DNA of 64,000 nucleotides from Nitrospirota bacterium. GTDB taxonomy: Bacteria; Nitrospirota; Thermodesulfovibrionia; Thermodesulfovibrionales; BMS3Bbin05. Positions 10,218 through 20,072 of this stretch are shown here, piece after piece. The stretch is from positions 1,286,378 through 1,350,377 of the forward strand of contig CP070669.1 of the NCBI GenBank assembly GCA_020351835.1, written 5' to 3'. The notes below the pieces were generated by a model. The model did not search any database and was not told the origin of the DNA. It saw nothing but the letters and a program-made list of their open reading frames with translations. The translations under genes were made by a program, and so were the position numbers. Each line of letters starts with the position of its first letter. Positions within the stretch are counted from its first letter, which is position 1.

Positions 10218-10325
10218 ATGCTTAATGTTTCTACAAGAATCTAACGAAATTATATCACATCATAAACTGAACTATTCTGGTTTAAATATGGAATAAATGA
10301 TATTGCTTATCTTCATGACGATAGA

Positions 10326-12155
10326 CTATAAGGCACCTGTCGCTTCTACAAATATCTCTTCTGCTGAATTATAAGGAAGCCCCTTGTTCTTGAGGTACTT
10401 TATCTCGAGGTTCTCAACATAAAACCTGTCGAGGCCGCTGTTCTCAAGAAAGTCTGCGCGGATCTTAGGGTCTTTGCTCTTAACAACCTTGGGAAAGATA
10501 TGATTAATGTAATAGGCTTCTTTCTTAATATCAATTACAGCCTTTTCGAATATATCCTTTGGAACCTTCCGGAGCACGTTCTTGTTTGCAAGTTCGGTCT
10601 CGATCTCGCTCAATACTTCTTCTCTTCCGACCTTTGTTTCAAGGCGAGGATATATGTCCTTTATCTTCTCATTAAGCCCGATTAATATGATCCGATAAAG
10701 TTTCTCTTCATCCCCTATTTTTCTGAGACTCATTAAAAGGTCCTTAATAGAAGCGTCGCCACTTATTATGTTCTTAAGCCCCTTATAGACCGTGTCTACT
10801 CTCTTTTTACCAAAAGAGGTAAGATACTTATTGACTATCATCGGATTCACAAAGAGCTCCTTAAAAAGCCCGGCCTTAAGGCTGTCAAATTCTTTCTTGT
10901 TCCCAATCAGGCTTCGTATGGTCTCTTCCGTTATCTCGTACTTCTCTGTGAAAGCCACACTGCTAAGAAGAGAATAAGTATTGTCATAACGATCGAAGTA
11001 TGTCAGGATCTGGCTAAGTTCCTCAAATATCTTAAAGTCATTCGTCTCCCTTACGAGATCATCACACATCTTTCCGGCATCGAGCAGGATCTGCTCAAAA
11101 CCCATCTCACTCTTTTCATTGGCGGTGTGTTTAGCCATTAGCAGCCGAACGATATCTTCTTCAATAATATGCTTCTTGAGGTTCGGGTCTTTAAAGAACA
11201 GGTTCTCCAGTATCCCACGTGCATCCTTTAAGTAATCTGCCTCATGGCCCTCAATTATCTTCTTCCCTTTTAGCAACTGGTTATCGATAGTATCAAACAG
11301 GACCTCGGGTATATTGTTCCTTATACCGAGAGTACGAAGCCTCTTTAGTCTGACCATCTCAGTATGTTTAAGCTGTTCCCGTCCTGAAGCATCTATAAGA
11401 ATATCTCTGTATTCGTCGACAACCGTCTTATTATCAGGGTGCTTGTACATCGAGTCTATCTTTACCCGCTCGACCTGGTATTCTGGGATCTCCCTCTCAT
11501 CAACGAACTTATTGATGAATTCCTCCTTTTCCTTGTCCAGGCCTCGTTCCTCTAAGTAGAAATCCCTGTAGAATGAATACAGGTTAAAGTTATCCCTGTG
11601 AATAAGCTTAATGATAAATACGGTGGAGTCTTTCTCGTCGAGCGCTTCCATGAACGATCTCATAAGAGCAACATCATCCCACTCCGTTATGAGCGGAGTT
11701 CTTTTAAGGAACTTTCCCAGAACCTTGAGGATAGCCTTCTGGCGCTCCTTGTAGTCGCCCTTATAATCCGATGATACCAGGAAGAAATAGTTCTGAACTG
11801 CATGCCCTTTAAGCATCAGATTATAGAAGCTCTCAAATCCCTCCACTTTATCAGTAAATATCACCTGGTCATCGCTGATATAGGCACCGAACATGATCAG
11901 TCTGTTGATCACATCCTTCTTCAAAGTGTCGTCAATGGGCTTATCGACACCGAACATATATTCACAGAAGCTACCTCCGCACCCTTTATACCTGATCTCG
12001 TTCTCTGTTATCATGAACTCGTTGCCGCGCGAGAAGAACCTCACGAACTGGGGGGTCTCTTCGTAAAAAATGGTCTTGGATACATCAGAACCGGCGATAT
12101 TTGTGTAGTACTCGATCGGTCCGAACGTACCGTGGATTCGGAGTTCATCAATCAT
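10326..12155 (-). CDS. Hypothetical protein, 609 aa, no recognised domain
   Basis: Long uninterrupted ORF with host-like codon usage. K/E/D-rich, probably largely helical. I recognise no catalytic motif. Confidence 0.6.
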   Translation of the reverse strand: MIDELRIHGTFGPIEYYTNIAGSDVSKTIFYEETPQFVRFFSRGNEFMITENEIRYKGCGGSFCEYMFGVDKPIDDTLKKDVINRLIMFGAYISDDQVIFTDKVEGFESFYNLMLKGHAVQNYFFLVSSDYKGDYKERQKAILKVLGKFLKRTPLITEWDDVALMRSFMEALDEKDSTVFIIKLIHRDNFNLYSFYRDFYLEERGLDKEKEEFINKFVDEREIPEYQVERVKIDSMYKHPDNKTVVDEYRDILIDASGREQLKHTEMVRLKRLRTLGIRNNIPEVLFDTIDNQLLKGKKIIEGHEADYLKDARGILENLFFKDPNLKKHIIEEDIVRLLMAKHTANEKSEMGFEQILLDAGKMCDDLVRETNDFKIFEELSQILTYFDRYDNTYSLLSSVAFTEKYEITEETIRSLIGNKKEFDSLKAGLFKELFVNPMIVNKYLTSFGKKRVDTVYKGLKNIISGDASIKDLLMSLRKIGDEEKLYRIILIGLNEKIKDIYPRLETKVGREEVLSEIETELANKNVLRKVPKDIFEKAVIDIKKEAYYINHIFPKVVKSKDPKIRADFLENSGLDRFYVENLEIKYLKNKGLPYNSAEEIFVEATGAL

Positions 12156-12250
12156 GGATATGGAAAATATAACACAATTTCAAGCCATACGTCACTTAGA
12201 GAAGACAGCCTTGAACGACAGTAATTATTAAGGTATATTAAAGGTAAGCC

Positions 12251-14218
12251 ATGTTATTTTCAGTTAATAAGATATCGAGTAAGTACATCCTTATCTATCC
12301 GGTAATGATAGTGTTTACAGTGATGTTACTTGCTTATACAAATGTAATTCTTGCATCTACAACAGGTCCTGATCTCGAGGACACAAGGGTCGGGCTGGAA
12401 CTGATGTCCAGTGGTGAATATGAGGCCGCGGCAGATCATTTCGGCAAGATCATCTCCAATGACCATATTATTAAAGACTTCCTTCATCTATGGCGCGCCG
12501 AATCACTATTCTGGATAGGTGACAATGAGCAGGCCTTAAACGAGGTCAATTTCATAAAGGACAGATACAGTCAGACCTCCGCTTTTAAGGGGGCATCGAG
12601 GCTCGAGTTGGAGATAATGAAATATGACGGGTCTATAGTCGATCGATACCGGGAATATCTGTCGGTTTTCAGTTCCGATAATGAGATCCGCTACAGACTT
12701 GCCATTGCGCTTCGCGATGCAGATGATAAAAAGGAAGCCGAAGCTATCTTTAAGGACCTGCACATACAAGGCGGGGAGCTATCAGATGAAGCGGGTTTGG
12801 AGTTCGATTCGTCAGTGCTGACACTCGATGAGAGAATGACGCGAGCCAATAATTTCCTTGAGAGATGGAATTTCGTAGCTGCTGAAAAGGAATTGAACAA
12901 GGCTATTATAATAGCTCCGGATGAAGGCAAAGAAGAGATACTTGAAAAGATAGCCTATTGCAAATTCAGGCAGAAGGATTACGTCAGGTCTGCAGAGATA
13001 TATGGTGATCTGCACAATGAATATATGGAGGCTATATCATATTTAAGAACCAACCGCAAGAGGAAGTTCATCTCGTCCATAGATAAACTTCTCAAGATGA
13101 AGGACCCTCGAGCGGGCATTCTCCTTATCGCCCTGGCTAATGATAAAAGAAGGAGTGGAAATTTTGAAGATGCCATTGCCACCCTTAACAGGGCTATTGA
13201 GGGATCGCCTTTCCACGAGGATGCCACCTGGCAGATCGGATGGACCTATTATGTCCGGGGCGATTATAAAAAGGCATCTGACATATTCTCAGAGCTTCAG
13301 GAAAGGTACGACTCTGACAGATATTCTTACTGGGAGCTGAGAAGCAATGAAAAGCTGACGAAGGAAGTACCAGAAGGCTATGGGGACCTGTGCAACGGTA
13401 ACGGCTACTATGCGTTCCTCTCATGTCTGAGGTCAGGTACAGACATTAGGAAGGTCGAGGTAGGCGGATCCGAAAGTTCTCTGGACTCCCCTCTTCTGCA
13501 ACGTTTTACGGCACTTAAGAAGTTAGGCTTCAAGGAAGAAGCGCTTTTCGAGCTCAACAGGCTCATAAGATCTCTCAGGAAACCCTCGGAGATCGTTCTC
13601 TACAGCAAGAAACTGAAAGAGATAGGTGAGTATAAAAAGGCCATTTCGGTCGCCACAATGGTGCCTTATGGAGATGACGTTCACAACCTCTGGTATCCTG
13701 TAGCTTACTGGGACATTATAAAGGTAGCCTCGGACAGGTTCTCTATAGATCCGGTCTTCATTCTTTCTATAGCAAGGGAAGAGAGCAGGCTGGACCCGGA
13801 AGCACGATCAGTGGCCGGGGCAATGGGTCTTATGCAACTTATGCCCTCAACTGCAGACAGGTTATGCAGGAAGATAAAATGCGTTATGTCAGGGCAGGAC
13901 CCGTACTTCGATATAGAGACCAATATTGTACTTGGATCGTATTATCTGAAAAGCCTTCTCGACAGGTTCAAATCCATACCCGTAGCAACCGCCGCTTATA
14001 ATGCAGGGGAGAACGCGGTCCACAGGTGGATGGGCCTTTATTCGCACCTGGAACCAGACGAGTTCATAGAAGAGATACCGTACCCCGAGACGCGGGGATA
14101 CGTAAAGAAGGTGCTGACAACATTGTTCCAGTATTCACGGTCCATGGAGAGCGGCGAGATCAGTGATAAGTTTCGAAGAAGCGCCTCGCTAGGCCCGGCT
14201 CATTCCGATATTTATTGA
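12251..14218 (+). CDS. slt: Soluble lytic murein transglycosylase (Slt70-like, TPR/superhelical N-domain plus SLT domain)
   Basis: C-terminal SLT catalytic motifs: AREESRLDPEARSVAGAMGLMQLMPSTA and AAYNAGENAVHRW. Has an N-terminal signal/anchor. Confidence 0.85.
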   Translation: MLFSVNKISSKYILIYPVMIVFTVMLLAYTNVILASTTGPDLEDTRVGLELMSSGEYEAAADHFGKIISNDHIIKDFLHLWRAESLFWIGDNEQALNEVNFIKDRYSQTSAFKGASRLELEIMKYDGSIVDRYREYLSVFSSDNEIRYRLAIALRDADDKKEAEAIFKDLHIQGGELSDEAGLEFDSSVLTLDERMTRANNFLERWNFVAAEKELNKAIIIAPDEGKEEILEKIAYCKFRQKDYVRSAEIYGDLHNEYMEAISYLRTNRKRKFISSIDKLLKMKDPRAGILLIALANDKRRSGNFEDAIATLNRAIEGSPFHEDATWQIGWTYYVRGDYKKASDIFSELQERYDSDRYSYWELRSNEKLTKEVPEGYGDLCNGNGYYAFLSCLRSGTDIRKVEVGGSESSLDSPLLQRFTALKKLGFKEEALFELNRLIRSLRKPSEIVLYSKKLKEIGEYKKAISVATMVPYGDDVHNLWYPVAYWDIIKVASDRFSIDPVFILSIAREESRLDPEARSVAGAMGLMQLMPSTADRLCRKIKCVMSGQDPYFDIETNIVLGSYYLKSLLDRFKSIPVATAAYNAGENAVHRWMGLYSHLEPDEFIEEIPYPETRGYVKKVLTTLFQYSRSMESGEISDKFRRSASLGPAHSDIY

Positions 14219-14344
14219 CCCTGATATTACTTCATTCCATGTATATAGACATGTAAATATCTCTTCTGGTATCCTTTTAATATGGCGCACCGTGATCTGT
14301 TTGATGCTGACACATCCGGCAATTCACAAAAGGAGGTTACCCCT

Positions 14345-14563
14345 GTGGAAAAGATAAAGAACCTGGAGGAAAAGATCACATCTGCTATAGAGAAGGTTAA
14401 GGTCCTCAAGGACGAGAACAGCCATCTCTCAGAGAAACTTAAGGAGCTGGAGAAGATCATTGCGATGAAGGACGAGGAAATAAACGGCCTTTCCTCGGAG
14501 AAGCATTCCATCAAGAACCAGGTCGAAGAACTATTGGAAGAACTTGAGTCGCTCGAGATCTAA
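14345..14563 (+). CDS. Coiled-coil protein, ZapB-like
   Basis: Heptad-rich sequence (EKIKNLEEKITSAIEKVKVLKDEN...). A GTG at 14345 is preceded by AAGGAGG; the ORF-track ATG is at 14282. Lies directly upstream of zapA. Confidence 0.5.
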   Translation: MEKIKNLEEKITSAIEKVKVLKDENSHLSEKLKELEKIIAMKDEEINGLSSEKHSIKNQVEELLEELESLEI

Positions 14564-14828
14564 AATGGGCAGTATAGAAGTGGTCATACTGGGCCAGAGG
14601 TATACCATCAAAGGGGATGCCGATGAGGAATACATACGGAAACTTGCCGACTTTGTCGACAAGAAGATGAAAGAGGTCATTGAAGCGGCTCCAAATACGT
14701 CACCACTTAAAGCATCTATCCTTGCTGCACTTAATATAGCCGATGAGTTGCATAAAGCCGACCAGAGCAAAGTTGATCTCGGATCGCTCGAGGAAAAGGC
14801 GAACGTCCTTAGCGGTCTTTTTGATTAG
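14544..14828 (+). CDS. zapA: Cell division protein ZapA
   Basis: 94 aa. VEVVILGQRYTIKGDADEEYIRKLADFVDKKMKEV...LAALNIADELHKA matches the ZapA family pattern. An alternative start lies at 14565. Confidence 0.8.
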   Translation: MSRSRSKMGSIEVVILGQRYTIKGDADEEYIRKLADFVDKKMKEVIEAAPNTSPLKASILAALNIADELHKADQSKVDLGSLEEKANVLSGLFD

Positions 14829-14976
14829 TCCTGCTTTGCATCAACTCTTTAGAAAGCCTCGCGTTATCTATAGCAGTGCCGCAAACCTCAGCAAGTGATG
14901 ACGTAAAGCGTATCTCCTCGTCTGTGAACCTTCTTATATTGTCGGTAAGCAGCCTCATGACACCAATAAGATTACC
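14809..14976 (-). other. In-frame continuation of the upstream GAF domain, downstream of a TGA (55 codons to TAA at 14811-14809)
   Basis: Reading through TGA (14979-14977) gives ...LTLPIIA*GNLIGVMRLLTDNIRRFTDEEIRFTSSLAEVCGTAIDNARLSKELMQSRTNQKDR. This aligns residue for residue with the end of the first GAF domain of the same protein (SIPLRFHNEVMGVLRMYTEEPVKYTGEDMKFVAAIAEQAAIAINNARIFERT). Confidence 0.7.
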
Positions 14977-15993
14977 TCATGCAATTATAGGCAGGGTAAG
15001 CATGCTCTTTATTCCCTCTCTTTCGGCTTCTTTCCTGTAATGTATCCTCTTGTCCTGGGTCACATCATTAATGGCAACCGGCTTCATCTGCAAGGCCTCT
15101 TTGATATTTGCCTCTGAGTCAACAGGCCCACGTGACAGGTACTCATCGGACAGCCCGGAAGCAGCAACAAGTCTCAACTTACTGCCCTCCTCCTCAAGCA
15201 ATCTTATAGTAGCGGCCTTCAGTCCCATGACCTCCGGCAGTTTTCTTACGATAAGGTCCAGTACCTCATCAAGCTGAAGCGTTGAGCTAACCGCCTTTGT
15301 GACCTCCTTAAAGACCCTGAGGAACTCCTTTTCCCTGGATACGGTCCTCTCGAATATCCGGGCATTATTTATGGCTATAGCTGCCTGCTCAGCGATGGCG
15401 GCAACGAACTTCATATCCTCACCGGTATACTTTACGGGCTCTTCGGTATACATCCTTAATACCCCCATTACCTCGTTATGAAATCTAAGCGGTATGGAAA
15501 GGATACTGCGGATGCCTTCAGTTGACGCCTGTTTCCTGTAATGTGCATCGGGATCTGACTGGATGTCATAAACGGATACAGCCTTACCTGCCAGAGCATC
15601 CTCTATGCTGGCGTCAATGACGACCGGCCCCTTATTAACGTACTCCTCACTGAGGCCGTGATACGCGGCGACCTCCAGCTCATTGGTCTCCTTGTTTATC
15701 AACCTTACCATACTGGCCTTTACGTTCATAACGCTCACTACATTTGTAACAATAAGGTTTAGCACCTCTTCAAGTGACAGGCTTGGGCTTATGGCCTTGC
15801 ATATGTTCTGATAGCTCTCAAGGTAAACTCTCTTTTCGAATATTTTCTCGGCACAATCCGGGCACATGCTGTGAGTGAACACCCCGAAGCCGATATTCGT
15901 AAGATACTGGTCAATACTTTCCCACGATTGCTCCTCGAGCCTTATCTTTTTACACCATGAACAAATAGGGATAAGATCGTCTTTTTCTTTCAA
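14977..15993 (-). CDS. Double-GAF protein with an N-terminal Cys-rich (CxxC...CxxC) module; second GAF truncated by TGA
   Basis: 338 aa. N-terminus is CSWCKK...CPDCAEK, followed by two GAF-like repeats. See the continuation feature at 14809-14976. Confidence 0.75.
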   Translation of the reverse strand: MKEKDDLIPICSWCKKIRLEEQSWESIDQYLTNIGFGVFTHSMCPDCAEKIFEKRVYLESYQNICKAISPSLSLEEVLNLIVTNVVSVMNVKASMVRLINKETNELEVAAYHGLSEEYVNKGPVVIDASIEDALAGKAVSVYDIQSDPDAHYRKQASTEGIRSILSIPLRFHNEVMGVLRMYTEEPVKYTGEDMKFVAAIAEQAAIAINNARIFERTVSREKEFLRVFKEVTKAVSSTLQLDEVLDLIVRKLPEVMGLKAATIRLLEEEGSKLRLVAASGLSDEYLSRGPVDSEANIKEALQMKPVAINDVTQDKRIHYRKEAEREGIKSMLTLPIIA

Positions 15994-16271
15994 TTATTGT
16001 CGCCCTCGTTATTAAATGGATATATATGTGTTGACCGGGTTCGGTTATTATATCTCACTCATGCAGCGATGACATCCCCGAGATACGTTCATAAAAAAAC
16101 ATTATAATACCGCCAGCCTCTCCGCTTACTTAACTCTTTGTTATTAAAGCAATTTATGGCCTTTTCTTGTATGATATCTGCTTTTAATTATGATTGCAAA
16201 GGAGAAATAAAACAGCTACAATTTAAATAAAGGAAGCCTTCTAATAACCATCAAGCATCAAGGGGGTACAG

Positions 16272-16715
16272 ATGAAGAGAGTCATCATAGTTGCCGATAT
16301 GGGGCATTTCAAGGCTTTTAAGGTCACCAAAGAACCTATGGAGAGCGAAAGGATAGAGATGATCGAATGTTTTGAAAACGAAGAAGCACAGGGAAGGATG
16401 CGAGAGAAAGTATCAGACTCTGCTGGTAAGTTCGGACTCGGTGGAGGAAAGGGCGGGGTCAAGGGATACGGTGAGCCCCATAACATGCAGCTTGAGACAA
16501 AGAAGAGAACTGTTAAGTCGCTTGCTAAATGCATAAATGATATCATACATAAAGAGGATCTGCCATCATGGTATCTGGCGGCGGGTAAGAAGATCAATAA
16601 ACAGATAGTGGACAGCCTGAGCCCAAAGGTTAAGCTTAAGATGGCCAAGAACCTTGCTTCGGACCTGACCAAGGTCAGGAAATCTGAACTGCTTGACCAT
16701 TTTGAGAACGCCTAG
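16272..16715 (+). CDS. Host-attachment-protein-family (Host_attach / baeRF-like) protein
   Basis: 147 aa. The N-terminal VIIVADMGHFKAFKV and C-terminal ASDLTKVRKSELLDHF match my recollection of the PF10116 pattern. GGGGG lies before the ATG. Confidence 0.45.
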   Translation: MKRVIIVADMGHFKAFKVTKEPMESERIEMIECFENEEAQGRMREKVSDSAGKFGLGGGKGGVKGYGEPHNMQLETKKRTVKSLAKCINDIIHKEDLPSWYLAAGKKINKQIVDSLSPKVKLKMAKNLASDLTKVRKSELLDHFENA

Positions 16716-16722
16716 CTTAAAA

Positions 16723-17061
16723 ATGCATATAGACAGTTATTCCTTCGGCTCGATATCGGTAGGCAATAAGACGTATAAGAAGGATGTGATCATCTTCCCT
16801 GATAAGGTCCTTTCTCCGTGGTGGAGGGCCGAGGGACACCTGCTACAGATGGGGGACCTTGAAGAAGTAATAAATGCTCGGCCGACGGTACTGATCGTTG
16901 GTACCGGGGCTTCAGGGATCATGAAGGTCCCCGATCAGCTCATCAAGGCCCTCGGTGAGAAGGGTATAGAGGTAAGAGCACTACGCACACCTGAGGCCGT
17001 AGCGGCCTTCAATGATATTGGGGACGAGAAAGTTATCGCTGCGCTTCACCTCACCTGCTGA
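16723..17061 (+). CDS. Mth938-like (DUF498 / NDUFAF3-related) protein
   Basis: MHIDSYSFGSISVGNKTYKKDVIIFPD...VLIVGTGASG matches the family pattern. The ORF track begins at an upstream TTG (16693). Confidence 0.6.
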   Translation: MHIDSYSFGSISVGNKTYKKDVIIFPDKVLSPWWRAEGHLLQMGDLEEVINARPTVLIVGTGASGIMKVPDQLIKALGEKGIEVRALRTPEAVAAFNDIGDEKVIAALHLTC

Positions 17062-17068
17062 AAGCGAA

Positions 17069-18511
17069 CTACAGGATCAGAGATACTACTCTTGCAACGT
17101 CTATAAATGCCGATGGAAGGATACCCATCGCTATTACCATCACAAATGATATGATCAGCGACAGGCTGAGAGCAGGAGACAAAGACAGCTCCGGAACCTT
17201 CTCCTGGTCCTTCATATACATTAGAACGACAATGCGCAGATAAAAGTAGGCAGATATGGCGCTGAAGACAACTGATACCACCGCAAGCCATATATATCCT
17301 GCATCTATGATCGACATGAATATATAGAACTTGCCCATGAACCCACCGGTCGGCGGTATCCCTGTAAGAGAGAACATGAACACAAGCATCAGCGCAGCCG
17401 CGAGAGGGTTTGACTTGGCAAGCCCCTGGTAATCGCTGAGCTCGTCACCCTTGACGACATTTGACCTCAGCATTATCACTATAGCAAACGCACCTACGTT
17501 CATAAATGCATAGACAAGCAGATAGTTCATCATTGCCGCCAGGCCCATACGTGTGCCTGCAATGATACCGAGCATTGCATAGCCGGCGTGGGCTATCGAC
17601 GAGTAAGCCAGCATTCTCTTTATGTTCGTCTGGGCTATAGCCACTATATTTCCTACCGCCATAGTGAGTATAGCAACAGGGATGAGTATGGTCGTCCATT
17701 CCACTTTATAGGATGACAGTGATATAAGGAACACCCTTCCCATAACAGCGAAACCGGCGGCCTTCGGTCCTACCGACATGAAAGCGGTCACCGAGGTCGG
17801 TGCTCCTTCGTATACATCAGGTGCCCACATATGGAAAGGTGCGGCCGCTACCTTATACCCGAAAGCCACTATTATCATTACAACAGAAAGAAGCAGTGCC
17901 GGGGAAGAGTGGACATCTTCGGCGGCCACAAGGCCGGCGAGGCGGTATATGTTAGTTGTTCCTGTCAGGCCGTATAGTATAGATACACCATAAAGCAGAA
18001 TGGCAGAGGAGAACGCCCCTAAGAGGAAATACTTTATCGCAGCCTCGTTAGACCTTGTATTGTTCCTCATGAAGCCTGCAAGTATATAAGTGCTCATAGC
18101 CATGAGCTCGAGGCCAAGGTAAAGGACTATAAGGTCACCGGAAGATGCCATTATCATCATTCCGGAGGTTGAAAGCATAAGCAGGCTGAAGTACTCGCCC
18201 TTAAGTGAATCCTCAATCTTGAGATACTTAAGTGATATAAGTATGCTCATAAAGAGATTAACAAAGAAAATCACCTTGAAGAAAGCACTGTAACCGTCCG
18301 AGACGAACATGAACTCCTGAGGATTGGAGGCGCTTTGAAAAGTTGCCCCGAAGGACCCCTTCATGTAGAACATCGCCACTGCGATCCCGATTATCGCCAG
18401 GAAGCCTATAGCCTCTTTTCTCTTTATCACCAGCTCCAGCATGAGTACGACCAGGGCGGCCGCAATGAACGCTATCTCAGGCATTATAGGTCCTAAATCA
18501 GGATACTGCAT
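17069..18511 (-). CDS. nuoN: NADH-quinone oxidoreductase subunit N
   Basis: 480 aa polytopic ND2-like antiporter subunit. Last gene of the nuoA-N run. Confidence 0.9.
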   Translation of the reverse strand: MQYPDLGPIMPEIAFIAAALVVLMLELVIKRKEAIGFLAIIGIAVAMFYMKGSFGATFQSASNPQEFMFVSDGYSAFFKVIFFVNLFMSILISLKYLKIEDSLKGEYFSLLMLSTSGMMIMASSGDLIVLYLGLELMAMSTYILAGFMRNNTRSNEAAIKYFLLGAFSSAILLYGVSILYGLTGTTNIYRLAGLVAAEDVHSSPALLLSVVMIIVAFGYKVAAAPFHMWAPDVYEGAPTSVTAFMSVGPKAAGFAVMGRVFLISLSSYKVEWTTILIPVAILTMAVGNIVAIAQTNIKRMLAYSSIAHAGYAMLGIIAGTRMGLAAMMNYLLVYAFMNVGAFAIVIMLRSNVVKGDELSDYQGLAKSNPLAAALMLVFMFSLTGIPPTGGFMGKFYIFMSIIDAGYIWLAVVSVVFSAISAYFYLRIVVLMYMKDQEKVPELSLSPALSLSLIISFVMVIAMGILPSAFIDVARVVSLIL

Positions 18512-18523
18512 ATGTCCTCCAAT

Positions 18524-20047
18524 CTAACGTATCAGGTCTATGAAAATCTGAGCCAGGTTCATATCAGCCGACGCTCCGTAATTCACCTTTTCAAGTAAAT
18601 GGCTGACACTTACATGCATAAAGCTCAGAAAGCTGTTCGGATATACACCTATCCAGAACACGAGTATAAGCAAAGGAAGCAACGTAAGTATCTCCCTGCC
18701 GTTCATATCTTTAAGGTCCTTTACCTTGTCATTCACTTCCGTGAAAAAGACGTTCTGATACAACCACAGCATGTATGCGGCACCGATTATGACCCCGGTC
18801 GCTGCAAGTACCCCGACCAGCTTGCTGGCCTTGAAGCCTCCCAGGATTATCAGAAATTCCCCGATGAACCCGTTCATGCTAGGCAACCCTATCGAAGCAA
18901 GCGTGAACACCAGGAAGAAACCTGCATATACCGGCAATGGTGTCGCAAGGCCTCCGTAATCGGCAATGACCCTCGAGTGTGTTCTGTCGTATATTACACC
19001 CACACAAAGGAACAGTGCGCCGGTCACGATACCGTGGTTTATCATCTGTAATATCCCGCCCTCGACACCCTGCGAGTTAAAAGCAAATATGCCGAGCGTA
19101 ACAAATCCCATATGACTTACAGAGCTGTACGCTATCAATCTCTTCAGATCGGTTTGCGCAAGACAGATGATACCGCCGTATATTATCGCAACAACGCTCA
19201 ATCCCAGCATTACGGGCATCATGGCCTTTGCAGCGTCCGGGAACATCGGTATCGAGAAACGCAGAAAACCGTATGCTCCCATCTTGATCAGTATGGCCGC
19301 AAGGATCACACTGCCGGCCGTCGGGGCCTCTGTATGAGCATCAGGCAGCCAGGTGTGCACCGGGAACATAGGTACCTTGACGGCAAAAGCCGCAAAGAAC
19401 GCCCAGAAGAGCATTAGCTGTAGTTTATACGGATACGACCTTGACATCATTTCCAGGATATTGAACGTCTGTGCCTGTTTATAAAGAACGATGATCCCTA
19501 CAAGCATCAGCACACTGCCTACAAGTGTATAAAGGAAGAACTTGATAGCCGAATAGACACGTCTCGGGCCGCCCCAGACACCTATCAGAAGGAACATCGG
19601 TATCAGCATGGCCTCCCAGAATATATAGAAAAGGAAGAAATCCAAAGAACAGAAGACACCTATCATCGATCCCTCTATCATAAGAAGGGCAATATAGAAC
19701 TCTTTTACCTTGTCCTTTATAGAGTTCCATGAGATAAGGATGCAGAGTATCGTGATCAAAGTAGATAGCAGCACGAAAAGAACACTTATACCGTCCACGC
19801 CGACATAGTAATGAATGTTCCAGGCCGCTATCCATTTATGAGGGCCACCCTCAGTGAACTGCATAAGGTGTGTGGTCTTATCGAAATTAGTAAAAAGCGG
19901 AAGCGATACGACGAAAGTAACAATGCTGACAGCAAGCGCGCCCCACTTGATAACGGATTCGTTAGCTCTGCTTATAAGCAGCAACAGGAGACCGCCGATT
20001 ATCGGCAGAAAGATCACCGTACTAAGAATAGGATATCCAAGCTCCAT
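18524..20047 (-). CDS. nuoM: NADH-quinone oxidoreductase subunit M
   Basis: 507 aa ND4-like (WLPDAHTEAPTAGSV). Confidence 0.9.
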   Translation of the reverse strand: MELGYPILSTVIFLPIIGGLLLLLISRANESVIKWGALAVSIVTFVVSLPLFTNFDKTTHLMQFTEGGPHKWIAAWNIHYYVGVDGISVLFVLLSTLITILCILISWNSIKDKVKEFYIALLMIEGSMIGVFCSLDFFLFYIFWEAMLIPMFLLIGVWGGPRRVYSAIKFFLYTLVGSVLMLVGIIVLYKQAQTFNILEMMSRSYPYKLQLMLFWAFFAAFAVKVPMFPVHTWLPDAHTEAPTAGSVILAAILIKMGAYGFLRFSIPMFPDAAKAMMPVMLGLSVVAIIYGGIICLAQTDLKRLIAYSSVSHMGFVTLGIFAFNSQGVEGGILQMINHGIVTGALFLCVGVIYDRTHSRVIADYGGLATPLPVYAGFFLVFTLASIGLPSMNGFIGEFLIILGGFKASKLVGVLAATGVIIGAAYMLWLYQNVFFTEVNDKVKDLKDMNGREILTLLPLLILVFWIGVYPNSFLSFMHVSVSHLLEKVNYGASADMNLAQIFIDLIR

Positions 20048-20072
20048 GTATGTCTCTCCTTATCTCCTTTTA

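Noticed and set aside
14829-14976. 6S RNA (ssrS) downstream of zapA, as in the E. coli zapA-ssrS arrangement
   Set aside because: The stretch is fully explained as the in-frame continuation of the minus-strand GAF domain, and no 6S-like extended hairpin with a central bubble is visible.
14977-14979. Reading the TGA inside the GAF domain as selenocysteine
   Set aside because: The position aligns with a His in a GAF beta-strand of the sister domain. No redox motif is present, and only a weak 5-bp pairing follows the codon. A nonsense mutation or an error is more likely, so it is kept as an open finding rather than a Sec call.
16241-16672. 143-aa minus-strand ORF antisense to the Host_attach-like gene; similar cases at 33003-33461 and 5426-5869
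   Set aside because: These are antisense shadows of better-supported genes, with no SD and no motifs.
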